Positions 42,580-55,929 of a DNA stretch of 64,000 nt are shown in pieces. The notes under the pieces are model-generated. The model saw nothing but the letters and a program-made list of their open reading frames with translations, was not told where the DNA came from and ran no database searches. The position numbers and the translations under genes were made by a program. Source of the stretch: Ascoidea asiatica JCM 7603 (lineage: Eukaryota; Fungi; Ascomycota); contig BCKQ01000007.1 in assembly GCA_001600695.1 (NCBI GenBank), positions 784,387-848,386 of the forward strand, in the 5' to 3' direction. Positions within the stretch are counted from its first letter, which is position 1; every line of letters begins with the position of its first letter.

Positions 42580-43176
42580 AGTTGTAAATCAAGAAGCTTT
42601 ACGCTTGGTTTACTACAATCACGAGGTGTAAGGTGAATTTTGACTTGGAAAACCTGTCCTATACTTAACTTGCTGTAGTAGAGCAATTTTGCACAACCTT
42701 TTTTTTGATAAGTGGAGCTATAAGTGGAAGCTAAGTGAGCTCCCCTTGTAAGAGGAAGACACTTAGCAGACCAGTTACGAGATAAGTGGAGCTATAAGCT
42801 CCACTTATTTGTTGAGTGCCGTTACTCTTTCCACTCAAATTCAGGTATGCAGAAAACTAAAATTTATTAATTTTTTTCTCTGTCGCAGATTTAAGGGAAC
42901 ACACGTGAAAATTTTCGTGTTATTTTTTTAAAAATTTAGGACGCCATTTAACTGGAGGCCTAACTGCCAGACCCTTAGGGCTCCAGTTAAAAAAAAAAAA
43001 CTTCTGCAAAATTGTCTTAGTGGAATGATGTTCTGGCATTAACCTTCGACTGCAAGTAAAAGGTAATCGAGCCAGCTGCTTAAATATCATAATGATAGGA
43101 GGGTAAGCCTTGGAACGATGAAAAACTCAAGGGATAACATATATAGGGTTCAATATATGGTATATCTACAGATATA
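42580..43176 (-). repeat. 5' LTR of the copia element, interrupted by a MITE
   Basis: Direct repeat of 36257-36513 once 42680-43017 is removed. Confidence 0.85.
42680..43017. mobile_element. ~340-bp MITE-like insertion
   Basis: Absent from the sister LTR. Terminal inverted repeat caattttgca/tgcaaaattg; flanking TAGT on both sides; internal repeats and hairpins. Confidence 0.75.
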
Positions 43177-46100
43177 AATCGCTTTTAAAAATGTAGCCAA
43201 ATGAGCAAGTTCAGCATCAATATCAGGCGTTTTTCACGGAATGTCATCTTCTAATTATTCCTCTTTTGTTTTTAAAGGATTGTTCAAAGTTTTGACGGTC
43301 TCAAAAAAGGAAGAACGGTTGTAGTGTGACTCTACATACTATTGGGGTGCAAAAAGCAATACCGAAGCTGGGCTTTCCAAAATAAAAATCCTAGTGTAAT
43401 GCCGATTTTTCATTAAGAATCGAAAAAATGGTGTACCCCCCGCAACTTATCAGGGGCATTTTGGAAATCGCATTAGTAGAGAGAATCCTTAAGAAGCAAA
43501 TTGTAATGCAATTCTGTCATTAGTTTAAAATTTACCAACAAATCGAGAGGGAAGAGTTTTCAGATATATTCATAGATGGTGATTGTGTGACCTTTTCACA
43601 TCCAAAAACAATTTAGAGGCCGAGGTTCTCGTCCTAATCAAAACCAGAGAGCAACTGATTAAAGCATATTTTAGGCCCTACTCGAATGTCCCCATTTTAT
43701 AAAATAATAACTCCGGTAATTAGACCTATTACTGATCATTGTGACTTCATCGTGAAGTTGCGTTGGGGATACCATAAGTAGAATCTCATCATCAGAGAGA
43801 CTTGCATTATAAGCTTCAACGTCCAAATCAGTATCAAAGGCTCTAGCTTCCCGGTTTCAGTTAGTGATTTTTCGTTCACTATAATCCCTCTGCTGTATGA
43901 TCCTGAGTTATTTGCAAAAATACTTAAACATCATACTTTCGGCCAAACTACTATACTTCTTCTGCAGCATAGGAAGAAGTACTGCTGAAGTATTTTGTGG
44001 GACGTTCCATATGGCAATCTACTATAAGACGGATTTTTTCATATGTGATTGTTTGACGGGGAAACATGTTCTCTGAAAATTCAATTTGATCTGACCATTT
44101 AGAGTACTCTTCTGAGGGAATAATACCCTTGAAAACTACGAGTGACGATGGTTGACAAATTTGATAGTTGACATTTCAAGTGTGAACACAATTTGTAGCA
44201 CCGGTTTTAATTTTCTAATACTCAAAATGCTTCTTATTCCAAAGCAACAAAATACGTAAATTTTTTTGAGATATACGCCAGATTTGATAGAATCTCCAAA
44301 ATAAAAAAAAGAGGTAGACAAAGTCTTAAAAGAAGTTTTATTTTGCTGAAATGTAGATTCGTGCCAATAAATATAGTAGAAAATCGGTATATTACTTTCG
44401 TAATGATAATTTCACGTCAATTGCTTAGGAGCACATACACGTTTGAGGACTATCCTTGAAAAAGAATATAGAGAACAATAAACACCGCCAACTTGCTAAT
44501 GAACTCAAATTTTAGTTTTCCGTCTAGAAATATTTATTTATATATATACGCAATTTGTTGGAAGTCACTGTGACTATAATGTATGTCAGGTATAATTTTT
44601 TTTTGCTCTTTGAATAAAAAAAGCAGGCAAAAATCAGGATCAAAATTTTAACGCGATAAGGATGCATCCCGTTGGTTGAAAAACGATGCTCTGAACTTGA
44701 GCACTGGAAGTTGTTGAAAAGGTGCATATCTTCTGATTTCAAAACTAAAGACCAAAAACCTGCTCCTATTTTTGTTAAGACATACCAGACAAATCTAGAA
44801 CAGAAATTCAAATCAAAAATTTAACCCTACCCTTTTCGCCTCCATCTATTAAACTGGGATGGATAAAATTGCGATGAAAAAGTTAGCCTTCCTTTTTTCT
44901 GATCCAAGATGGAAAACAAATAAGGATCAAGAAATTAGCCTTCTTTTTGTTTATACTGTGCATCTCATGGAGAAACAAAATTTAGTTTTAAAGATCAAGA
45001 AACCACAAAAAAAGTGGTAACCGGCTCCATTAACTGTTGTACAGTAAGCAATAATTGTGGAAATTATTCAAATTTCAGACCAAATTAAGTAGCGAAGGCA
45101 ACGTATATTCTGGTGGAGTTCAAGCATTAGTTACTTATTAAAGCCGACATTTTTTAAATGTAGATGTATAATCAGCGAATTTCAATCACTCGTGATAATG
45201 GTTCTCCACGCTATCTAATGTTGACTAGACGGACTGTGTTTTAGTAGCTTATTGCGCTTTAAATTCAGCTTCTGAGCTATTCAATACACATCCAATAACA
45301 ATTTTATAATTTTCATACCTATCAAAATTTTGTTAGGGTTTGCTATAAAGGTAATCTTTTCTTTCATTCTTTTATAATTGTTATTTACTTTTCTTCATAT
45401 TATTTTTCACGTTAAGTCTGTAAGTCGCATGGAGATACAAACCATTAAAATCCGTCTTTTTTATTTTGTAATTAATATCTAGCAGAGATGGTTGCTAAGT
45501 TATTAGTCATGAGTAGGCTTGGCAGCTGAATGGGCTATTATAATACGCACAAAAGCAATACTCCAAGGGTGTTGCTTAGTTATGTCAGTAATGCGGTGGT
45601 CCAGATGTTCCATTTTTTCTCCTATATGTTTGATAATAATGCAGCATATGGCTTTGAAATGAAATTGACTGGTTTTGTTAGAAAAATTAAGATGAAGGCA
45701 GTCAAAAATTGCAAAAACTGACAGTTGTTGTATAGGAATAGTTTCATATTGTGATATATACCTAGCATTTAGTGAATAGGTATTACTAACAACACTGAAT
45801 GATTAAAATTGTGAAGATGAACAATATGGTTCTTGAGTACCTTCTTTTTATCTGGGTTGTTGATTGTAGTCTTCGAGAGCTGGGGTTATATTAGTTTAAT
45901 CTATAATGTTTAAAATTCTTTTTTCGTATAGAATACTTATTTTTTTTAGTTTTTCTTCACATAAATATTCCTGGTCACGCTACCTTTTGGTTAATCCTTA
46001 AATAAAACTCCGGTTGATATTCTGGATTGTCTTTTGTGCAATAAGTGCTCCAAGGCTGGTTTTGTGGGTCAAAATACGTTCCGCTAAAAAACTAGTTTTT

Positions 46101-46258
46101 TAGGTATCCTTAAAACTGGCTACCGTGATGCACATGCTATTAATAGGGGCATCCAAATGTTTCCCGAAACAATGCAAGTGTTGGTTTAAATACGGAAAGT
46201 GATTAGCACTTGGTCGGTTCTTGGTATTATGTCTAAATGCCTGGGGTATAGTCTGCCT

Positions 46259-49200
46259 TGTTATAACATTTAAAGATTATAATAATATGTTATATAAATA
46301 TTTAAGTTACCTAATATATCTAAAGCGAATATATTTTTCTGTAAACAAAGAAAAAGAAAAATACAAAAGAGATAAAGAAACCAAAACAGGAAAAGAAAGC
46401 AATTTATCTTAAATTAGCAAAGCCGAAAGATCTTTCCAAAACAGCAGCAAATTCCAATTAAGCAAACAGTTGCCAAAGTAATTGAGAAAGTGCAAAATTT
46501 ACAGACAAGTTAAAAGATTTCAATGAAGTGAAAATTTTTCATTAAAAAAAAACAAAAAGCTTTTGGATCCCTCGTGCCAACCAGGTGACTACGCAAACAT
46601 GTGATCTGACAAAACCCAAACAATACAAATAATTAGAACGCACACAGAAGAGCCCTGGCGCATGATAAATATTAGGGTTAGCAGGCAGTACAACAAAGAG
46701 ACAAACAGCAAACAAATAATTGAGTGTTAACAGTCTTAAGTAAAACAGAAGTAATTGCATGAGAAAGTAATGGTAAACAGAAGTAAGTAATAGATGAAAT
46801 AGATGAATAAGTTATTAGGGAATGCGATCGTAAAAATATTTAATTTCAATCCAGTTGTAGAATGCTATTTGTAAAACCTTTCTCAATTGTCTGGCGGCAA
46901 TATTATGGCAAAATATATGATTCCGGTTATGTATCTCTAATGATCTACAGCTATTTATTGGAATAAATGGTGTTATATTAATCTATGGATCTTCTTGTTC
47001 CCCAGAACCAAACTGCAACGAGAAAGTGAGACCACATATGGATCTATTTAAACTATCCGAACCGCTGCAGAAAAAGCAAAGCCTTCAAGACTAATTGATA
47101 AAAACTTGAGTCAGACGGAATGAGTTGCATCACAGCAGGAGTTGGCAGATCGCAAAGTTGCTCACAGCTCATAACCGGTATATTCCACCAAACTCCGTAA
47201 TAAGACGGCAATGAACCTGTTTCAAAAGCAGGAAAAGAAAACAATCGAAAAACAACAGGTTAGATTGGAATAGTGCCCAAAGATGCCCTATTAACTAAAA
47301 GAGATAAAACGAAGAGAATCAACGATCAGTAAAGAGCTAACAGTATTTAGTTTAACAAAGCATGAATAACACAAAATACAGAAATTTTCTAAAAATATAA
47401 GGTAGGAACACAAAATAGGAAGTTGGATTACAGCAGTGGTATTATTCTGATAATACGCTGATAGGCAGCAAAGTAAACCAACCCGTGACTTATTCAGTGT
47501 AACAAAGTAAAATAGCTTGGACGAAATCCGACAGAAGGCGACGCTTTTCAATGAGTTGGTAAAATATGGATCTCATTAATGTTTTAGTAAGAATATAAAT
47601 AGTAACGTAAGCTGGCATATGCTCAAGCGTAATAGCTTGGTCCAAATTTTCTTGAGTTGTTTAAAATCTAGGATAAATAAATGGAGGCATTTTCCAATTT
47701 TCATCTTGATATAGGGAAAAACCCGAAGCTTGGTTTTCATTACATATTATTAAAAAATTATGTTAACTTTCAAATTCATGTAGTAAATATTGTTTCCATT
47801 GGCGAATACCAAATGTCATATGAATAACTTTCAGTTCAGCTGAGCAAGTTGAAGTGAAGGTAACGTTGGAATTGCACAGGTTCCAGTTAACAATGTTATC
47901 GTTGAAAAATATACCTATACCTACAAAAGCATTGCTGGTAAGTGATGTATCCGCGTGCGCTACTAATGTTTTTCCATTTAACCTGGTTGGATAAAACAAG
48001 AAGACAAATGAGAATTTAAAATTTCTGAGAATAGGTGTAAGGTTACCGATATTTATAATGGATGAGTTTTTGTTTTTTGAAGTAATTAAAGAAACTGAAT
48101 TGGAGATGTCAAATACAATTAAACAGCCAACTAGTTGAATTCCCGGTGTAGCAGTTAATATTCTTTTAAAGTATAAACTCGTTGAAACCTGTTTTGCTAA
48201 GTTGAAGGACCAACATCAAAAGGCGAAAGTTTCGGAGGATTAACATCAGGTTGTTTGGAACGTAAATTCGTTGTAAAGAATAGAGCAGACAACTTGATAC
48301 TTTTGTCAATAAAAGTTAAATCCATTCATAAAAAGTTTTTAGGATACATATGGAATTTGAGTAAAATCGTTAAGGAAACCTTGTTATAATTATATTAATT
48401 TCATCAATTGAAGCACAAAGGAAAATGTCATCGACATATGAAGAGCCTAAAATATTAAGTAGCCTAATTCTAAATAGGCAGTTATCAGCTGTGAGAAACT
48501 CACCTTCTAATTTGGTAATGACTTGTGTGATATTATCATAAAAATTATGTGGGCACGTATCCGGCCAACTATTAATTTCTTAAGCGTAGCCTTTTGTGAC
48601 TTGAACATTTCATGTAGTAAAACATAACAGTCTTTAGCATTTTTAGCCGCAAGACATGCTTTATTAATATCGAAGGATGCTAAAGACAATTTAATGAGGC
48701 TTCATAGGAAATAACTGAACAAACACTTGCACTATGGCATACCGGAGACTACTTCTCTGATTCAGTTAGAAAATGTTTATGCGAATCTCCATTACCTAAG
48801 GAACCAACGCGAGCTTTAGCAGCAGTTGTTTCTTGTTTTGAGGAGTACGTACAAATCCCTTAGCTAACTACTTTTTATCATAGTATTGTATCAACCAATT
48901 TGAAAGGATCATTTTTATTGAACATGGCAATCTCTTTATAAGTGGGATATTTAATTTCATTAAGGTCGCAACCTCTGGCAGTCATATAACCTTTTGAAAA
49001 ATATATCTGAATTAGTAATTCAGCAAACTGCGTTCACAAATATTTCTGTGCCAGTAATCATATTGGTAGATTGAAAGGATCAAAGCCAAAGACACCATGC
49101 TGTGTTCAAGAGATATGAAGCGAAGTGAAAATGATACAATTTATGAAATTCATTTGATGCAATAAGTGTGTTATGATTCTAAATAAAATCAGCCGTTTGA

Positions 49201-50043
49201 AGATTTTTGTAACCAACAAACATTAGTTGAGTTGATTATGGAAATGTACCAACTATAATAATACAATCTTCATAAACTAGAGGATGCATACGAAAATGAA
49301 ACAGTCTTTGAGACAAGGCTTGAAGTGAAATCAATTTTGAAGAAAGATTTTGAAGTCTATTGTAAATAGGAACAGAAAATGTCGTATCATCTTCAGCAAA
49401 TCTATCAACACTTGGGGGCCGAGAAATGATATTTAATCAGCCTAAATCAGCATTTACTTCAACCAACAACATCTGCAGCTAATTGTTTTGACCCTGATAT
49501 GTTGGTTAACGAACTCCTTCGCGTTCAATGAAGTAGAACTCGGTTCCTTGCTCACACCTTTAAGTACCTATACCTAAAGTTAGCAAATTGAACAATGTCT
49601 GTAAATAGACCTCAATGTTATTTATGTAAGTCTTGTTACTTCACGAAATAAAGACGTTCATCTACTAGTGAAATCATCGTTAATAGCAACACGAAATTTA
49701 TAAGTTCAATACCTGAAAACGAAAGTATCAACATGTATATGCAGAACAAGGTGAACAGATGCTTCCCCTTCCTCCCTATTGCAAGACAATTTTCTAGAAG
49801 GTTTAGCACAAATACATCCTGATTGATTGCAGCGTTGTCAATATTTGTAGGTTTAACCGTTGGGAAGTTTGAATGTAATTTTTGGACTGTACGATAAGCA
49901 AAAGATACATGTGTTAAGTAAGTTTTGGAAAGTAACTGTTCTGAAGAGCAGATAGTATTGTAGTAGTATATACTACATGATTTTCCAATCGTTGACAGTG
50001 TAGAACGGAAATGAGCTGCTTTTTTTTTAGCAATAGGAATATA
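46259..50043 (-). mobile_element. Decayed Ty1/copia element, 3' part (IN, RT, RH, 3' region); continues at 63616
   Basis: LHIHVDT and DDFTSR (integrase); KARVG, FDINKA and SYVDDIF (RT); AHADTS and TCSAEL (RNase H). Left boundary uncertain. Confidence 0.8.
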
Positions 50044-50481
50044 TGTTGTTGGTTCAGAGCGGGATTTTTACTTGAGCGTGTTTCGCTCAGATAAAAGAAA
50101 AAACTCTTTTCTGAGCGTGGGATCACGCTCAGGTAAAAAAATCGGTTGTTTCTGAGCGAGACACGCTCCGATAAAAAGAATTGCGTTTATCTCGGCGTGA
50201 TTTTTAATGCTCCTGTAGCTAGGTTGTCATTGCTCAAAAATGTTTCAAATGTGGCAAGCAGGTTCTTTGAATCAAGGGCTACTCAGGAAAGTTTTTGTTT
50301 TTTGAAAATATGGAGAATTGACAGAGCAAGTAGCTATCAAAAAACACTGTCTCCGCACATTATTGGCGCAATATCCGGACGGAGGCTCTAGGCTCGGGGT
50401 GCTCCGTGCACTATGCGCCACTGACTTTTTCTCTGTTGCGCACAAAACCACAAACCTTATACATGACCTCTTAATCGCCAA
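50044..50481 (+). repeat. Left TIR (end A)
   Basis: Reverse complement of 63181-63615, roughly 75-80% identical by eye. Contains a TGAGCG-N-CGCTCA array. Confidence 0.85.
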
Positions 50482-51999
50482 GTGTTTGTCACACGAAGCA
50501 AAATCAAAGTTCAGGTGAGTCTGAGAATTAAAAGCGCTATTCTACTGCTTTCACAGAAGTTAAAACATCCTAACTGTAAATATAACCAAGTCTCAGTGTT
50601 GCTAGTACCATATACTATAAAACTTTATATATTTCCATCCTTATCAAGCTGAGAACAGCTACTAAACCTCAATTTTCCAGATAAACCGTTATCAGCTATG
50701 ATATAGTTACAAATGTTAGAATAATTTAAAAATATTTGTAAACACTCAGTGATCTTTAACAAATTTTAGGTACCTTATTAGCATCATGTTACATTTAATA
50801 ACATTTGAAGAGACTTCATGCAAATAAGTGTTTTTATGACCTAAAAGAGATACTCAAAAACAAACCTAGATAAAAAATATAACCCTCATGAACGGTTTAA
50901 TTTATTATCAAATGAATCAAGGAAAAATACCAATAATAAAATACTAAAAAAAAAGGTGAATAAAGAATAAATCAGAATTATCTCACATACTTAGATAACT
51001 GAACACAATAAACCAATATGCAAAACGCAATAATTAAAAAAAGTCTTACTTATTTAAATTCTCTTTACACAAAAACTTATGTAGAGAACATAGGTGAAAT
51101 TAATTTGCCAGAGATAATGCACAATCAAATTAGGAACAAAAACATAAAAACAAATATAGAGGCAATTGATTCCCATTGGGCACAACCACAATTTAAATAA
51201 CATCAAGATTCGATTGAACGTTGACATAAAAAAACTAAACGTTCAGTGCCATATACAAAACCACGGGCTGATGACATTATTTTAGAGAACAGTATCAGCA
51301 ACACGTTTCTCAATTAAATACAACCATTTTATGTTTTAATTGATCAACTGAAAAATAAATCCAGTGATAGTTTGCAACAAAATATTACCCTTGTCTTCTC
51401 CAGAAATGGAATGTTTACATAGAAGACTGGCAACCGTGATACCACATGACAATTGTGGAATATGTTATTTTAATTTTCTATTTAAAGGTATGGCAATTTA
51501 GATTTATTACCAACTAAGAAACATTTGATAAAAGTTTAACTTCATATATATAGAGCCGCTTTGCTTACTTATACAGTTGGTCTAACACAAGAATGCCTGA
51601 AAGAACAACATTGAAAAAAAAGAAGTTATCACTGAAAATATCAATCAAAATAACTTATAATTGAAATTTTATAATTGCGCAAGAAGGAATATTCTTTTCA
51701 AATATTTCCGGCTCTAAACTCTAAACCGATATAATGATTTGGTTATAAGATAATACAATATACCATCGAAGTTAAACAAACCCAGACCATTTAAAGTTAA
51801 TTAGGTATAAATAGAATTTTAGTTTCTATCAACCCCAATTTAATAGAATCTTTTTTTGTTTTTTGAGCAAGCATCCCTGATTTCAAATAAAATTAATTGA
51901 GCTAACCATAGAAGAGGCAAACATTAGTAGTGATTTTACAGAAGTACTTAGTAAACACTAATGCCTTTAAGCCTGAAAAAACAAGAAGATAACTTTTCT

Positions 52000-53500
52000 A
52001 TCCTGTTCTGGTACTTGTTGAATACTTTCTGGAAATGGTTTACTGCAGATGAAAACCTATATTAAATCATCAGACTCTGATACTTAATTTTCTGCCTAAA
52101 ACTACTGTTCAATAGTCTTCTTTTTTGATACTATGGTGCGTGATTATCAACCCCAGAAGTAAGTGCCTTATTTCCAGTACAACTTAACTAGACAGTTGAG
52201 CTGCCCTTCGCAAGAGCTAGTGAGAGCCGATAGTATTAATTTATCTCACCAATAAGATCGCAATATGTTTTGGATAATCGTTTGGAAAACTTGTTATGCT
52301 GTTAAGCTGTTATCTGCTTTCTGCTGTATGGTGCAAGTTTTTGGAGCACCTTCCATAATGATTTTCTATATGGTAAGCACCGTTTGATGTTAACCCAAAT
52401 TCTCTTCCTACAAATTTTCTACTGAACTATAATAACCACTACCTTTATGGCACCTGCTGCGACCTTCTTGCTTATCCATGTACGATAGTACTTGGTTTTC
52501 AAACTAGATACAGGCCCTACAAAATTAGTGTTCCACCAATTAATAATAGCAGCAAGCCAAATTTTATCGTGCTTGCCGTAGTGTAAGGGCAGAGGGTGAC
52601 GGTCAGTGATCATTTTATAGTTGTTCTGTAAAACGCTGATTGTATTGGTGTTCTGTGGTGGTGACCACGCATTTGAGTAGCTGGGGATTTAGTAAGTGAA
52701 TTCTCAAATATTGGTTAACACCAAGTTTAATTGAAGGGAGTTTGTGGTGCAGCTGGCATAGAGTTATTTTGGGTCAATTAATTTGGTTTTCAATTTTGTA
52801 ATACTAGACTTCGTTTTATGCAGTAAATCAATATTTATTTGAAAGCGAAATATGTGAAGATACTTGAACTGCTTTACTTTATTTCGATTTTTTATTCTGT
52901 ATTATCCCAGTTTAATTTCCTGTAACTAATATTTTATTATTCTGCTCGCTCTTTTTGTGAAATCATTAATGTCCCTTATTATTTTGTTGATTAATGGCAT
53001 AACAACCTTTGTAGCTTCTTGAAGCTATCCTTAATTTTTGAAAGCAAACCTCAGATCATGAAGAAGAAAATTTGTAGTTTGCTCCAAATTGTTTTTGGTT
53101 CGGTTATAGTTCGAAGCATTCACGAGAAATTAGACATATTTCCTTTTCAAAAGGTTCTACAACTGTTTTACAGTGATTGAGTCTTCCCCATAAGGTTTTA
53201 AAGGCTTAAGGTAATTGTACTTTGCTATTTGACAAACTTTATGGACCATCCAAAAAATCAAGGGATAACCAGCTGAGATATCAGACAGTACAGTGATACT
53301 TCTCTATGCCAATTAAAACAATTACCTACGGAGTGTGAGAACAACTGAAGTCAGATGTTCCTATGAGTGGTTCTCTCATAAGAATCGTTTTAATTTTTTA
53401 ACCGTTAAAGCAAACGCTAGTTTATAAAGGTAACATTACGATTCTGGAAAAGTTGCTTTTCACATTATCAGTAGTGTGTTTATTATGGAAAACTAATGAT
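52000..53500 (-). pseudogene. Possible gypsy RNase H/integrase relic nested in the large element
   Basis: WNTNFVGPV (cf. W.IDF.GP) and LAPY remnants. No counterpart seen in copy 1. Confidence 0.4.
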
Positions 53501-53844
53501 AGAACTTCCAAGCGCAAAAGAAACACGTCTAACATTTACTCAGTAAGATAGTTGTTTACCGGAAGGCTGTACTAACAAACATTGTTAACTTAATATATTT
53601 CATTGAAAGCGAGAAGTCGCCATTTAAAGCACTAAGCTGTTCCTTGCCTGTCTTAAGAGATGGACAAAAGTTGTGCACAATGCTGCTTTTCTTATACAAA
53701 GCATCCAAAATCACATATAAGTTTTCAAATTTTTAGTGGCCGAGTAAAGGGCAGTAAATATGTTAGCTTCAAAAGAAAAAAAAGTGAGTATTCCTAGAAA
53801 CAGTATATTCACGAAACGTTTACTAAAGTAATAACTACCCGTTT

Positions 53845-54610
53845 ACCAGACACCGAACCAAAAGGTATCTAAGCATAATTTTCTTGAACTTGGTTTCTCC
53901 TTTAACACTCTGGATCCTTTAAGCCATCCAAAAAAAATTAAGTAGTCGCTAACGGTAGCTCGACTGGACGCTTCTATTAACCAGTAGCTTTCTGCTTTAC
54001 AATATATCGTCAGCAGCATGTTGGATGCAAACCGTTCAAACATATACCTTTTAATTTATTTGTTAACAAAAAAGTTGAGTGCTGGTGCTTTCCTTGAATT
54101 ACCGTTGTGAATGCTAAATAATGAAATTTAGCCAAATGGCAATTGTCGACGAACAAAATATAGCGTATTGACTTTCAGGTGGAAACCTACAATCCAGATC
54201 CATAGATGTCAACCTCCGAGCTATATCCTGAGGCATGCCATAAGCACTTTCGTTATACTTAGCACTGGATTAGAAGCTTTGCTGTACCGCTTTTGATTAA
54301 TGGAGTGGAAAAGGAATAATAAAAAGCACAGAAACCGGGAGTGCTTGATAAGAAATGTTAACTTTTTTCAACTGATTGAGGGAATGGGAACTGTTTTGCA
54401 CGTAATCATCCAAATAAATGCTATATTCGATTTTTAAATAAAGAGTACCGCCTCTCGCCAACAGTTTAGGCAGGGCCCAAGATATTAATCACGTATTTTT
54501 CGGGGTTGGGGTTTAGTTGGTTGGATAACAGTTGGAGAGATAGTGTCGTATTTTTAGATAAACTGGTTGCAGTAATCCAAGTAAGGACCATCTGTAAATA
54601 AATTAAGCAT
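53845..54610 (-). pseudogene. Unidentified second gene of the Ginger-like element
   Basis: Homologous to 3093-3880 with synonymous-type differences; starts MLNLFTDGPYLDYCNQFI. Confidence 0.45.
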
Positions 54611-55929
54611 TATGTTTGGCTATTATTTTTTATTATCCCGAATTGGTAGAATCAGCTTGGTTCGATTGTCTTTAAAAAATTAACTGGCTAACCATATGAG
54701 CAGTAACCTTAATGGCTTTTATTTGTCCACATGTTATAAAAATATAGCTAAATGGTAAATAATAATTCAAGTAGCTTTACTAAGCATAGTTAATACTCAA
54801 AATTGTTTTGTTTCTTTTATCAACAACAACCGCTACCCTGTGGGAGGCAAATTTCTTTGTACCAGGTTTGTAGTTCCGACAATTAATCTGATCCTCGCAG
54901 CTATGATTACTGCATAGTAGGGAGCACGCGACCTTTTTTTTTCTGCATCCACATCTTTCTGTACTCAGTAAAGCACAATCATATGAATTAATTATTTTGG
55001 AATTCCTAAGCTCTTCTTGGGGAACAACATCGTTTGTTAATTGCAATTCAGTCAAATGTAAAATATGTTTACTAACACTGCGTAAACTGACACTGTTGTA
55101 ACCAAATCTGCCGATGGAGGAAAACCAACATCGGCGTCTGCTCTAATATTCTCCAATTCAGAGTACATAAAAGCATTTTCTAAAATTCCAGTTTTACATG
55201 CAACTTTATAAAACTTTTTTGTTTCATCTTGGGAACTCTCCATGATCGTTATAACATAACCAAGGCAAGATTTGTCAGATATTCTCACAGCAATATCTTG
55301 TTTATTAAATGTCACTTTTACCTTGTCATATAACTTAATGGTTTTCCTGGGAGTTCGATTATTACGCTACTTATCTGTTATCATCATGTACCTGTTATTC
55401 GTCGCCATAATTTTGGAATAGTCGGAAGAACTTTGTGAGCAATACCTTTCTGAGTTTTTTGGAGAATCAGCTGCACCGTATGGACCAACTGTGCTTTGTT
55501 TTTCTTCTTTTCCAGAATTCGGAAATATTTTCTGAGCATGGAGATATAGAGCTTGTGAAGCTGTGACACCAATAGCACGACTGAAATTGTTATTTATCGA
55601 ATACACAGCATCATCTAGGAAGCTAGACCAATTTCTACTTTCATAGATATTCATTAGTCTAGCTAGCTCCACTTAGAATACGTCGTTACCGTTTTGCACA
55701 AGTCCGTTCGCCTTTGGATTTCTTGGTCTGATTCGAATTCTTTTGAGGTTCCTACTTTGCATAATTGTAGAATTGTTTTACTTATAAATTCTGCCTGTTA
55801 TCCATTTGGAGCATTGATGATGTGTTAACAGTATTGAAAAACATACACATAACCTTTTTCACCGAAGACGCACGCTTATTGAATAGAGGCGAAGACCAAC
55901 TAAATTTCCTAAAATGATCCCTGAAATGT

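Larger units (their letters stand above)
36257..43176 (-). mobile_element. Full-length decayed Ty1/copia LTR retrotransposon
   Basis: Two ~257-bp direct LTRs, a purine tract (gcctcc on plus at 36514), and gag-PR-IN-RT-RH order on the minus strand. Confidence 0.9.

Noticed and set aside
31173-44146. gtcactcgta / tacgagtgac as CACTA termini
   Set aside because: Only 10 bp, no TSD, and compatible with chance.
51018-51800. Restriction-like endonuclease (PD..EVK) of a non-LTR element
   Set aside because: The motif needs two frameshifts to assemble and the Zn knuckle is not convincing.
53843-54043. ORF resembling gypsy RT (…TFWFG)
   Set aside because: The DNA is homologous to 3680-3880 and contiguous with the Ginger-like element; the RT resemblance is superficial.
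54713-54740. TGGCTTTT / AAAGCCA (2986) as the terminus of a small integrase element
   Set aside because: Homology between the two copies continues ~900 bp beyond this point.
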